From Lama guanicoe (lineage: Eukaryota), in assembly GCA_013239625.1 (NCBI GenBank), contig MU053448.1, positions 62,001 through 126,000 of the forward strand: a stretch of 64,000 nt of DNA, written 5' to 3'. The translations under genes were made by a program, and so were the position numbers. Below, in pieces: positions 1 through 11,900 of the stretch (within the stretch, counting starts at the first letter, position 1; the number at the start of each line of letters is the position of its first letter). Below the pieces are notes generated by a model. It was not told where the DNA came from. It worked only from the letters and a program-made list of their open reading frames with translations, and ran no database searches.

Positions 1-1463
1 TAAGAACCCAGCCAAGGCATGTTTATATTTACAGAGATAACCATGATTATAGTTCAAATGCAAAAGCAATACCTAATGAGTTCTGGCTATTTGCATGCTT
101 TCTGCAGTGTGTGCATGTGTGTATGTGTGTGTGACCGTGGGAAAACTGTTCATCCTTTCGGGCCCAGACCACAAGATTGCCAACTCAGAATCTCCTGTGA
201 AATGTCCCACAACATCCCAGACTCCATCAAATGCTGTCCCCCCTCTGCCCCAGCTCACCAGTGTGATGTAGAAAAGCCCAATCTGCAGTGGTTCCTGTTC
301 TTGGGCCCAGTAACGCTCACACTTTTTCTACAAAAGGCAAGGGAGAAAGGGCGGGGGGTGAAGTGGGGGTCTGCCTCAGAGTTCACGTTGATACGTGCAC
401 ACGCCTACTGGACAGCCCAGGTTGCTGATGGAAGCACAGGTGGTGGCAGCCACGAAGGAGGCCAGCGCCCAGACTCAGTAGAGACGAGAGCTTCCAACAG
501 TGCAGGAGGAAGACGGTCCAGAGTGTTCTCCTACTTGTAAGTAACTAAAAACCTCCATGAAATATACAAGCCATTATTTGCAGACATGGGACCTGAACAC
601 GGCAGGACTGTGATCACTGACCAAAGGGAAACACATGGAGTCAAACCCTAGGACCACCCCAGCTTACTGCCTAGAGGCAGTCACCAGGCTGCAGGGCACA
701 GAGACTGATGATCCCAGTAAGTTGAAAAGCCAGAGATCATGGCCCAGGGAGGTCAAGGCAGAGTTCTTGAAAGAACAGCTACGGAAACCAAAGCAACAAA
801 CTCCAGGACTCTGCATAGGAATCCCCTTAAAGCTGGAATAGTAATCGGGGCACGTATGACCGGAAACGCCCAGAGGCCAGGCAAGAATGACTTCCCGTGA
901 AAGAATAGAAGTGTTCATCTCATTTCCCAGTACTCACAATGGGACAGAAATAATTGATATTTCCTCCAGCCAGAGTGGAGAGACCTGACTGGGCGTTCAA
1001 GAGGGAACTCGAAGGACACACATTAGAAGTAGAACAAATTTACTTCTAGAAGAAAGGCTAGTCTAGGCCCGCCCCGCTACCCAAAGCTTAAAAACAAAAC
1101 TTAAAATGATCAAACACCCAAAAGTAGCTTAACTGCCTTCCAGAAAAAGTTCAACACCCTTTAAAGGAAGATAACAAAACCCAACACTTACTAGTACAAA
1201 ATTAAAAATATTAAGCATCTAATAAAAATTTACTAGACATACAAAGAAGTGAGAAAATGTGACCTCTACCCAGGAGAAAAAATCAGCAAAAGGAGATCCA
1301 ATAGAGATGAGGAAAAAAGCAAAGACTTCAAAACAGCTTTTATGAATATTACAAAATATATTCAAAATGAAAAGGAAAACATTAAGGTGATGGAAATGAA
1401 ATGAAAGCTATAAAAAAGACCTCAGTGGAACTTCTAGAGAGGAAAAATTAAATTTATGAAATT

Positions 1464-1703
1464 GTGGGAGGGGATAAATTTGGGAGTTTGAGATTTACAA
1501 ATGCTGGCCACTATATATAAAGATAGATTTTTAAGAGTTTCCTTTGTATAGCATAGGGACCTATGTTCAATATCTTGCAATAACTTTTAATGGAAAAAAT
1601 ATGAAAATGAATATATATATATATGTAGACACATGACTGGGAACATTGTGCTGTACACCAGAGAAAGACACATTGTAATTGACTGTACTTCAATTTAAAA
1701 AAA
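1464..1703 (+). mobile_element. Younger lineage-specific L1 3' end
   Basis: GGGAGGGGATAAATTTGGGAGTTTGAGATTT...TTGACTGTACTTCAAT followed by an A tail. Confidence 0.75.
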
Positions 1704-2537
1704 TTCACAGTCTAATAGATTAGACATCAGAAGAAAAGTCCAGTAACATAAAGACATAGCAATAGAAACTATTCAAAATGAAAAGAGAGAAAAAAATGGG
1801 TAAAAAACGAACAGAGAATCAGATTCCTGTGAAAATATATCAAGTGGTCTAATGTATGTGTGTCTGTAGTCCAGAAGGAAACTGAAGAACAGAAACTATT
1901 TCTGAAGAAACTAGAGCTGGAAATTTCTCCAAATTTGATGAAACTATGAACCCACAGATCCCAGCAGGTCCGTGAAGCACAGGGAGAGAAAAATCATAAA
2001 GAAAGCCACACCAAGGCAGTTTGTGAACAAATCGTTGAAAAACAATGATAAAGACAAAAATCTTAAAAGCATCACACACACGAGACACATTACATACTGA
2101 GGAACAAGGGTAAGAATGACAGCGGAGTTTTGTCAGAATCTCTACAAGCCAGAAGTCAATGGTGGGACATCCTAAAACTGCTGCAATTAAAAAAAATAAC
2201 TTTCAGACACACAAAAGCTGAGAGACTTTATCACAAGCAAGCCTGCACTATGAGAAACACTAAAGTAAGCTCTTCAGACCAAAGGAATATGACACCAGAT
2301 GGACTACAGCCCTAACACAAAGGGGTGAGGAGTGAAGAAAAAGGTTAAGTACGCAGCTGGATGTAAAAGGTATCTCTCATTTTTAACATCTTTAAAAGGT
2401 AATTCATGAATTTTATCCAAAAAGGAGGAAATAATAGCAATCCTTCACAAACTTCCCCCTCCTCAAAAAAAATTGAAGGGACATTTCCCAACATGTTGTA
2501 TGAGGCCAGTATTATTCTGATACCAAAACCAGACAGA

Positions 2538-2644
2538 AGAGCGGAGAGAGTGTAGGTCAGCGGTAGAGTGCACACTTAGCATATCTCCATTAACAAATTA
2601 ATTAATTAAATAGAATAAATAAATAAACCTAATGACCTCCCCTC
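2538..2644 (+). mobile_element. Internally deleted tRNA-derived SINE (Vic-1-like)
   Basis: A-box-like head and AAATAAACCTAATGACCTCCCC tail. TSD AAACCAGACAGA at 2526-2537 and 2645-2656. Confidence 0.7.
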
Positions 2645-3283
2645 AAACCAGACAGAGACATCACAAGAAAACTACTCAACAATGTCTCAAGAAAATAGAC
2701 ACAAAACTCAACAAAATATTAAGAAATGATTACACACAGTGACCAAGTGGCATTAATCCCAGGAACCCAAGGTTGGTTGCATCTATGAAAGTCGAACAAT
2801 ATCATGTGCCATATTAACAGAAAATAAAACAAAACCACATAATCAACTGAACAGATGCAGAAAATATTTTTGAACAACTTTCATGATAAAACCATGAAAG
2901 GAACTAGACATAGAAAGGAAATTCCTCATCATGATAAAAAAAATAATAAACCCAAATCTACCAAACCCTACAGCTAACCTAGTACTTAATCATGAAAGAC
3001 TGCTTTGCACTTAAGATCAGAAACAAGACAAGGGTGTTTGCACTTTCCTCTTCTGTTCAACTCTGTACTGGAAGTTGCAGCCAGTGCAAATACGAAAAAA
3101 GAAATGAAGGAAGGAAAGAAGAGAGGGTGGAAGGGAGGAAGAGAAAGAGAGAGAAAAAGAAAAAAGATAGAGAGAAGGAATAAGAAAGCGAGGAAGGAAG
3201 GAAGTTTACCCAGATTGGAAAGGAAGAAGCAAAACTATCTCAATCTGCAGATAGCATGACGTTACATATAAAAAACCCTAAAG

Positions 3284-3284
<1 letters not shown>

Positions 3285-3322
<38 letters not shown>
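3285..3322. repeat. (CA)n microsatellite
   Basis: Perfect AC run. Confidence 0.95.
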
Positions 3323-3325
<3 letters not shown>

Positions 3326-3507
3326 TAGAGCTAATAAATGAGTTTGGCAAGGTTGTAGGACACAAGATCAACACAGAAAAAATTGTTATCTTTGTACCCT
3401 ACAAATTGATAGATTCAATTCCCATCAAAATCCCAGAAGGCTTTTTGAAGATATTGACAAGCTGATCTTAACACTAATATATAAGCATTAATACGTTAAC
3501 ATTAATA

Positions 3508-3805
3508 AGTGTCTCGTGGATGCCCAAGACCACCCTTAGGAATTCAGTGCCCCGAGTACTTCCTGAGGCACTCTGTATGGTATGTAGGCATCTCTGACTA
3601 GCATGTACCAAAACCTCAGACTCCCAGAAAGGAAGCAGGTGTTCACATAAACCTATTGTCACATAAACACATTGTCTGCATAAACAGTTTAGGCGTAGCG
3701 AGGCACTCTCACTGGAAATCCTATCTCTAGCCGAGAGCCAGCCTTGCAGGGAAGCCTTGTTAAGCGTCAGTAGCTACGCCTGCTATGTTGATTCTTTCCT
3801 GCACA
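3508..3805. mobile_element. MER21-like LTR fragment inside L1
   Basis: CCCAAGACCACCC start and CCTGCTATGTTGATTCTTTCCTGCACA end resemble MER21-type LTRs, and it interrupts L1 ORF2. Confidence 0.5.
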
Positions 3806-6800
3806 GCAAGTGACCCAGAAAAGCCAACACAGTCTTGAAAAAAGAAGAACTGACTTGGAGAACTCATCCTTCCTGATTTCAAAACTTGTTACAACGCTAC
3901 CATAATCAAAATCATGCAGGACTGGCACAAAGATAGACGTATCAATCAATGGAACAGAACTGAGAGTCCAGAAATAAACCTTTACCTTTATGGGCAGCTG
4001 GTTTTCAGCAAGGCACCAAGACCATTCAAGGAAGAAGGCACAGTCTTTTCAACAAATGGTGCTGGGACAAATGCATATTGACATACACAAGAATGAAGTC
4101 GGACCTCTAGCTCACACCATATACCAAAATTAACTCAAAATGAGTCAGAAACCTAAATGTAAGAGATAAAACTATAAAACACTTAGAAGAAAACATAGAA
4201 GTAAATCTTTCTGACCTATGGTTAGACACTGACTTCTTAGATACAACACCAAAAGCACATCAAAACAACAGAGAGGAATTTTGAATTCCTCAAAATTAAA
4301 AAGCGTTTATGTATTGCTAGTGAGAGTATAAAATGGTGCCACCACTGTGTGTGTGTGGGGGGGGGAATTAAACACAGAATTGCCGTATGAACCAGTGATT
4401 CTACTTCTAGTATATACCCAAAAGGACTGAAAACAAGGACTCAAAATACTTCTATACCAATGTTCATAGCAGCACCAGTCACAACAGCCAAAGGTAGAAA
4501 CAACCCAATGTCCATCAACAGATGAATGGATAAACAAAATGTTATTCAGCCCTAAAAAGAATGAAATTCTGATGCATACTGCAACATAGATGAACATTGA
4601 AAACAGGATAAATGAAATAAGCCAGAGACTAAAGGACAAGTATTATATGATTCCACTGATACGAGGGACCTCAAATAGCCAGCGTAATAGAGACAAAAAG
4701 TAGAATAAAGGCTACCAAGAGCTGGATGAAGGGGAAATAAGGCATAATTGTTAAATGGGCACAGAGTTTCTGTTTGGGATGATGAGCAAGTTCTGGAAAT
4801 GGATAGTGGCAACAGTTTACAACCTTGTGAATGGACTTAATGTTTCTAAATTGTACACTTGAAATCGTTAAAATGGCAATTTTTATGTTATATATATTTT
4901 ACCACAACTGGAAAAAAAAAAAGACTGGATGAACATCACTTCACACCCAGTATGATGGCTATAATAAAAAAGAGACAGTAACAAGTGTTGGTGAGGATGT
5001 GGAGGAATTGGAACCTTCATACATTGCTGGGTGAAATGTAAAACAATGTAGCCACTGTGGAAAACAGTCTGGCAGTTCCTCAAAATGCTAAAAATAGAGT
5101 TACCATATGACCCAGCTATTCCACTGCTAGGTATGTACCCAAAAGAAATGAAGACAGAGCGTCTGCACGAAAGCTTGCACATGAATGTTTACAGCAGCAC
5201 TGTTCATAATTACCAAAAACTGGAAACAGCTCGAATTCTATAAAGTGATTAATGAATAAATAAAATGTGGTATATCCATTCAATGGAATGTTATTCAGCA
5301 GCAAGGAGTGAAGTAGTGCAGTACTGACACATGCTACACTATGCCTGAACTTTAAAAACACTACACTTAGTGAAAGAAGCCAGTTGCAAAAGACAACATA
5401 TCATATGATTCCAGTTATATGAAAAGTCCACGGTGGGCAAATCTGTAGAGACCAAAAAAGAGATTAGGGGTTGTCTAGGGTGGAGTTTAGTACGAAATGG
5501 AGTGTGACTTCCAATGGGATACAGGGTTTCTTTACGGGGTGATGAAAATGTTCTAAAATTTATTGTGGTGATGGTTGTACAACTCAGGAATATACTAAAA
5601 ACAACTGAAATTGCACACTTAACGTGGATAAATAGTATTTCAGTAAGGTTGTCTTTTAAAAAAGATAATCTATATCAAAAATAATAGCAGTGTGCTGTGT
5701 AGTATATTTTATATTTTGAAGTAAATCCTATGGCAACAATAGCCTAAAGCTTGGAGAGAGAAAATTGAAATATGCTATTGTAAAGTTCTCACATTTTACA
5801 GGAAATGGCATAATATTATTTGAACAGGAAATGGCATAATATTATTATTATTATTATTATTATTACTGTCTACATTCCATGAAGCACACAAACAGATAAT
5901 ACAAAAAGGTGTAACTAATAAATGAATAATGATTATGAAATGGACTTATTAAAATTCTCATTTAAAAAGAAGACAAAAGGAGAAAAGGAACAAAGAACAG
6001 ATAGAACAAATAGAAAACATAGCAAAACGGTAGATTTAGACACATTACTGATGATTATATTAGAGACTAAATACTCCAATGAAAGGTAGAGATTGTCAGA
6101 CTGGGTAAAAAAGTAAGTCCCCACAATACGCCAGCTATGAGAAACACACTTTAAAGATAGAAATGAAGACAGATAAAAAGTAAAACAATGAAAAATATAT
6201 ATATCATGCACACTGCAATCTAAAGAAATTTAAATGGTTCTATTAATATCAAAGTACACTTCAGAAAACAGAATATTGCCAGAGACAAAAGGGACATTAC
6301 AATATTTAAAATGGGACTGGTTTACCAGGAAGACCTAATCCTAACTGTATTTGCACTTAACTATAGAGTTTTAAAATACTTGAAGCAAAAACTGACAGAA
6401 CTGAAAGGAGAAAAAGAGAAATCTAAAATTAGAGTTAGAGATTTCAAAACTCCTCTTTCAGCAAATAAGCAAGTAGACAAAAAAAAGTAAGAATAATAAG
6501 ATCTGAAAAATATTATTGACAAGCTCCTCCTGACAGAGAACAGTTGTAGGTTCCAACACTCCTCTCTTGTCAATTGATGAAACATCTAGAGAAAAAAAAA
6601 TCAGTGAAGATATGGAAGACACAGTAAAGATATAGAAGATATTAAAGTGTCTTTCAGAAAGACAATCAATTTGACCTAATTGATATTTATAGGACACTCC
6701 ACTCAAGAAAACCAGAATACACATTATTTTCAAGTGCACACAAAACATTTACCAAGATAGATCATGTTCATGGCCACACAAAAAGTTTCAGAACATTTGG

Positions 6801-7261
6801 AAAGACTGAAAACATATAAAGTTGTTCTCTGACCACAACGGAATTAACAGAAACTTAATAACAAGAAGATATATGGAAACGTCCCCAAGTATTTGGAAAG
6901 TAAGCACAGCCATGGTCAAATATTATTAGTCAAAGAAGAAATCAAGGAAAATTAGAGAATACCTTGAACTTATTGGAAAAGAAGCCACAACATACCCAGT
7001 TTGTGAGATGTGGCTAAAGCAGTGCTTAGAGAAAAATGAATGACATTAAATGCTTACATGTAAAAAAAAAATCACAAATTCTATTATCTAAGCATAAGGA
7101 ACTAGAAAAAAAAAAGAGGAAGTTAAACCTAGATAACCAGAAGGAAGGAAATAATAAAGGTGAGAGAAGAAATTAATGAAATAAAAATGAAAAAAATAGA
7201 GAAAATGAATAAAACCCAAAGATGCTCCTTTGAAAAAAATAATAAAATTGATAAAGCTCTA

Positions 7262-7478
7262 GCCCAGAGATTGGCTGTTTTATAAAGGGCCAGATAATAA
7301 ATATTCCAGACTTTGCGAGCCACAGAATCTACCTAACTTACAACTACTGAACTTGGCCCTTGTAGCATGAAAGCAGGTTTCCACACTGTGTAAACAAATG
7401 GACGTGGCTATATTCTAATATGTTTTATTTATAAAAACAGGCAGCAGGACAGACTTAGTACAACAGCTAAAGTTTGCT
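7262..7478. mobile_element. MER58-like hAT-Charlie DNA transposon
   Basis: TAAAGGGCCAGATAATAAATATT...TTTTATTTATAAAAACAGGCAGCAGG hallmark sequence. Confidence 0.65.
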
Positions 7479-7820
7479 TGTCTTTATTCTAGCCACACTG
7501 CACAGGGGAGAGAGACAGACCACAAACTACCAAAATTAGGAATGAAAAAGGTGCATCACTGCAGACTGGACAGGCTCCATGATGGGCCAGCTGTCCCACA
7601 GCAGGACTTTCCCACCTCCAGTCCTGCCCACGGAGCAGGCCAGGGTGCAGAACCCATGTGCCTTCAGTGCTGACATACATTTACCAAGTAATGAATTTAT
7701 TCTAACAGGCAAAACAAAGATCCCTGCCCTCATGGAACTTTTCCTCTAATCAGGGAGACTTAGGATAAACAATACATTTGTAGAATATCTTGTATGTTAG
7801 AAGTTGCTAAGAACTTTGAA

Positions 7821-8156
7821 GGGGGTGGGGTATAGCTCAGTGGTAGAGCACGTGCTTTGCATGCACGAGGTCCTGGGTTCAATCTCCAGTGCCTCCATCA
7901 AAAAATAAATAAACCTAATTACGTCCCCCCCAAAAAAAAACAGAAACAGACAAATAAATGAGTAAATAAAACAAAGAGAATAAAAATTTGCGGGGAGGGT
8001 ATAGCTCAGTGGTAGAGTGCTTGCTTAGCATGCTCAAGGTCTTGGGTTCAATCCCCAGTACCTCCACTAAGAAACAAATTAATCAAAATTAATTTAAAAA
8101 CACATAAGTAAACTTAATTACCTCCACCCCATCCAAAAAACAAAAACAAACAAAAA
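7821..8156 (+). mobile_element. Two tandem tRNA-derived Vic-1-like SINEs (starts ~7821 and ~7991)
   Basis: Each has a GGGTATAGCTCAGTGGTAGAG...TGGGTTCAATC head with A and B boxes and an AAAC(C/T)TAATTAC tail. Confidence 0.85.
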
Positions 8157-8684
8157 AAGAACTTAGAAGAAAAAATGAAAGTAGGACAAGGGAAGGAGAG
8201 TGGGAGTGCTGGGAGTTTCACATGGGGCGAGATTCAGGAAGATCTCATTGAGGAAGCAGCATTACAGCCAAGACGTGGAGGTGGTGATGGAGCAGACGAA
8301 AGGGGGATATGTCCCAGACACAGGGAACAGACAAAGCACAGGACCCAAAGCAAAGGCCAGAGAGATTGGAGTGGACTGAATAAAGGAGAGAGGTGGAAAG
8401 AGATCAGAGTTGTACTGGGGAAGCCACAGTTATGGGGCCTTCTGGTCTATGGTATGGAATGGGGTGGAAAGACCAGCAGGTCATTGGGGAGATAAGCCCC
8501 ACGAATAAAAGGAAAAAGAACAATAACAACAAAAAATTAGAGTAATAGCGGGCTCTCAGCAGTTACAGGGGGGTCACTCCAAGGAACTGGGCTCTTGAGT
8601 CCTAGGGTCAGGGAGGAGCAAGCAGGATTTCTCCTGCCTCCTCTGTGCACAAGGACATGCACTCCAGGGGCTGAGGACACCTAC

Positions 8685-11600
8685 CCGCCCGTTCTCCGTC
8701 TCCCGGCAGGCCATCAGGACCACCTAGACAAGAGGGGTGAGAGAGAAGGAGGTGGTCTGGGCTGGGGGTGGGGGAAAGAGGGCCAAGGAAGGACCCAGAA
8801 TGTTGGCCCCACCTCACCCTCCCCCCAAGCTGACCTTGACCCCAAACTCCCAGATCAGGCGCCAGAAGTCCAGCAAGGTGTGAGGCAGTGGTCCTTGTGT
8901 GGCGATGTAGGCATGCCTTCCATCTGTGCCCTGGTAAAGGCTGAGCTCACCATGGAGGTCCCACTGTCGCCCCCACCCCCTCTGCCCCGTCCCTGACTCC
9001 CAGCCTGACCCTGATGAAGTTGCCGTTGATGTAGTCGCCGTGGCCCTCTTCCTGGAGCAGGGAAAGGCTCACTCGTGTCTGATCGTCTGCCAGCGGGAGA
9101 GGTGAGAAACGTGGAGTTTGGGAGTGACAGGGGCATCTGTTGGGGTCCTGGCTGAACGATAGCAGGCGGCGGCACGCCTAGCAGGGATGCCACCGAGATG
9201 CACTTGGGAAAAGTGCGCTCCGAAGAAGTGCAGCCAGGCTCTGGGAGGGGGCGTGCTGGGAGCCCAGTGGTGACAGAGGGACCCGCGCGAACGCCTGGAC
9301 CGCAGGGCAGCGGAGGGCGTGTGGAGCCGCACGGACTCCCTCCGGAAGCCACCCACCCGCCCACCACTCCCCGACTTACAAGGCACCACGTCTTTGTAGC
9401 GGTTCTTCCTCACGTTCTCCGGCCGATTACCGGCCTCGGTGGTGCACACGTTGTCGGTCTTCCAGGCGGCTGAGCGGGCCCGGATGTCCTGGCGGGGGGC
9501 ACCGCGAGAAGACCCGGGGGACGGAGGAGAGAGCCAGAGAGAAGTCAGGTCAGAGTCCTGGGACAGAGGCTTTTTTAGGGATGCGCGGCACGTGGCCTGT
9601 GAGAGGTGACCTCGCCGCCCAGATAGCACAGGACCTGCCTAGTGATAGCGATTCAATAATAGTAGCGACTCAGAGCGCCTTCTCTGTGCAGGGCTCTATG
9701 TAAGGGCACTGAACCACCTGGAAGGTACCTCCAAAGCGGGTACTCTTATTGACGTTCCCATTGTGCAGGCGAGAAAGCCGAGGCACCACATGGTTGAGTG
9801 ACTTGCTGAAAGTCCCATCCAGGAGTGTAGAACTCAGACTTCTCAGCATTTACCTTCTGTACACTCAATGTGTATTACACTGTATTGTGAACAATAATTG
9901 TAACACAATATGTACTTAATATACCAAACATGATGCTACACAATGTATATGACAATGTACAAAGTATGTGACCTATAATGTGTAACATGACATATACTAG
10001 ATACTATAGTTAGATTATTGTAATTAGTGAATAGTGTATTACCATCATCATCAGGTATTCATAATCATGACGATAATAAGTAACACATACGAAGCCACCT
10101 CTGGGGGTGACCATCTTTCTAAGTGTACTTACACCCATCAGGGCATTTAAGTCAAGTCCTCATGAACACACTAGTGCACTGGGTATCACTATTATTATTT
10201 CTACTCTACAGATGAGGAAACCAAGGCCTAGAGAGGCCCAAAGACTCCTGTGAGGACAGGAGGCTGCCTGCCGGAGGATAGTCTCCAGCAACTGGCACTG
10301 CTCACCACCACCCTTCTGCACAGGGGTCCTTGGCAATGCTCACTGTCCCACAGCCGGACCCAGATGGGCATGATGCACCACCTGGGTATTGTAAGTTTAC
10401 ATTTATTATCTACATTTTCATATTGACTAAATTACATATTTTGCATTTTATATATGTCTATGTCTATATTTGTGTAAATTTAGATTTGTATCTACTTTAC
10501 CTATTTGTTACATATTTGATTCCTTAGGAACTTGAATAATTGCTTATTTTATAAATTACAATTCTGTGTTGTATTTATGTTCTATTATTTCATGAACTTA
10601 AATAATGTTTATTGTGTAAATTATAATTTATAACTATATTTATACATGTTCACTGTATATTTTATAGTCATTCGTAAAATTATTTCATAAATTTGGTTGT
10701 TATCTATTTTGTACTTAATGATTATATAAAGTGATTCATTATATAAAGTACTTATATGCATATATTTATCAACTTATTTCTAAATGAAAGAAATGTCACC
10801 ATATATTGTGTTTACCTATTTGCACTGCACATTTCTATACGTTATATTTGAAACCTCTCCGTATGTGTAGTGTGTGGTGCCTACGACGCTGCTACATTAG
10901 CACTCGTTACATACGGCTTGCACTACCTATTGTAACGTTCATACTATTTATAACTAGCGACGAAGCGCCTGCAAAGTGAGAGCTCAGGATATGCTAAGCG
11001 CTTTTTCACTCACACTAGTTATTTTAATCCTCAGGCCAGTTTGGTGATCAACGTCTGCATTTTACCCAAGGAGAAACCGAGGCCAGAGGGGCCAGGTAAA
11101 GCGCCCCGAGCCACAGCGCGCATTAGAGCCGGTGTCCACACCCTCACCGCAGCGCAGCCTCTTGGTTCCTCTTCGCCCCGACCCAACCCCCCGCCAGCCC
11201 CTTCCGTCCCAGAACCACAGAAGTGACCGCCGGGTGGCCTGGAGCGAGCGGCCAGGCGTCGCGCGTCCAGCGCAGGTGTGCCACAGCCCTCCCTTCTGGG
11301 GGGGCCCCGCCCGCCCAGCCTTGCAACCGGACGGTTCCGGGAGTGCGGAGAGGGCGCGGGACCCGAGGGCATCTGCGGCCCCGCCCGGCCCGGCCGTGGA
11401 CTTCGCCCTCTGGGGCCCTTCGGACAGAGGGTGAAGACAGACAGGGAGAGAGCGCGACACAGAGAGGTGCTGGGGAGAGAAAACCAGAGAGACCTCGAGG
11501 CGAGGAGACACCCCTGGACGCCGAAAGAGAGAGAGAGGCAAGCGCGGCAGGGCGCACAGGAGAACAGACGTCCGGACCGTCCAGGGAGAGGAGCCGGAGC

Positions 11601-11726
11601 GCGCCGCGCGGCTGTCCTCACTCGCCCACTCACGCTGAACTCGCTGGCAAGGACCGCCCCCTCCCGTCCGCCTCGCGCCTCCAGCTGCTCCAGGAAGCTC
11701 CGCGCCGCGTCCAAGCTGCGGCTCAT
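8685..11726 (-). CDS. PTPN18: Tyrosine-protein phosphatase non-receptor type 18, coding exons 1-5 (gene continues beyond the left edge)
   Basis: Exons 11726-11634, 9488-9380, 9086-9010, 8930-8835 and 8723-8685 have GT-AG junctions and stay in frame. They encode [141 protein letters not shown] motifs KNRY, DYING and YIATQGP are present. Confidence 0.96.
9880..10860. repeat. AT-rich low-complexity tracts interspersed with MIR-like fragments in PTPN18 intron 1
   Basis: TA/TAT-rich runs, plus a MIR core TACAGATGAGGAAACCAAGGC at ~10207. Confidence 0.6.
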
Positions 11727-11779
11727 GGCGCCGCCGGCCAGCGAGCTCCTGTCCAGCTGCGGCTCTGCGCGCTCCCCAG

Positions 11780-11900
11780 CTAGCGTAGACTACGCTAGAG
11801 GCTGCCAAGGCCCCGCCTCCGATCTTGCCAGCCAATGGAAGTGCGCAGCGGCGGACAGGGCGCGCCCCTCGGCCAATGACATTCAGAGCCCGCCCCAGCC
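11780..11900 (-). promoter_or_regulatory. PTPN18 CpG-island promoter
   Basis: CpG-rich ~11100-12300. CCAAT at 11832-11836 and 11873-11877, and GC boxes at ~11809-11820 and ~11888-11896, just upstream of the ATG. Confidence 0.7.

Larger units (their letters stand above)
600..7560 (+). mobile_element. Stack of nested, decayed LINE-1 fragments in PTPN18 intron 5
   Basis: A-rich L1 ORF1/ORF2-like peptides ([24 protein letters not shown]) and several L1M-type 3' UTRs. Confidence 0.85.

Noticed and set aside
19..540. 173-aa ORF at the window start
   Set aside because: It runs through a (TG)n repeat and repeat-like intronic sequence, has no recognisable domain, and is not PTPN18 exon 6.
7821..8070. 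tRNA-like sequences with A and B boxes
   Set aside because: They have SINE tails and a TSD and lack a proper acceptor stem, so they are SINE heads rather than tRNA genes.
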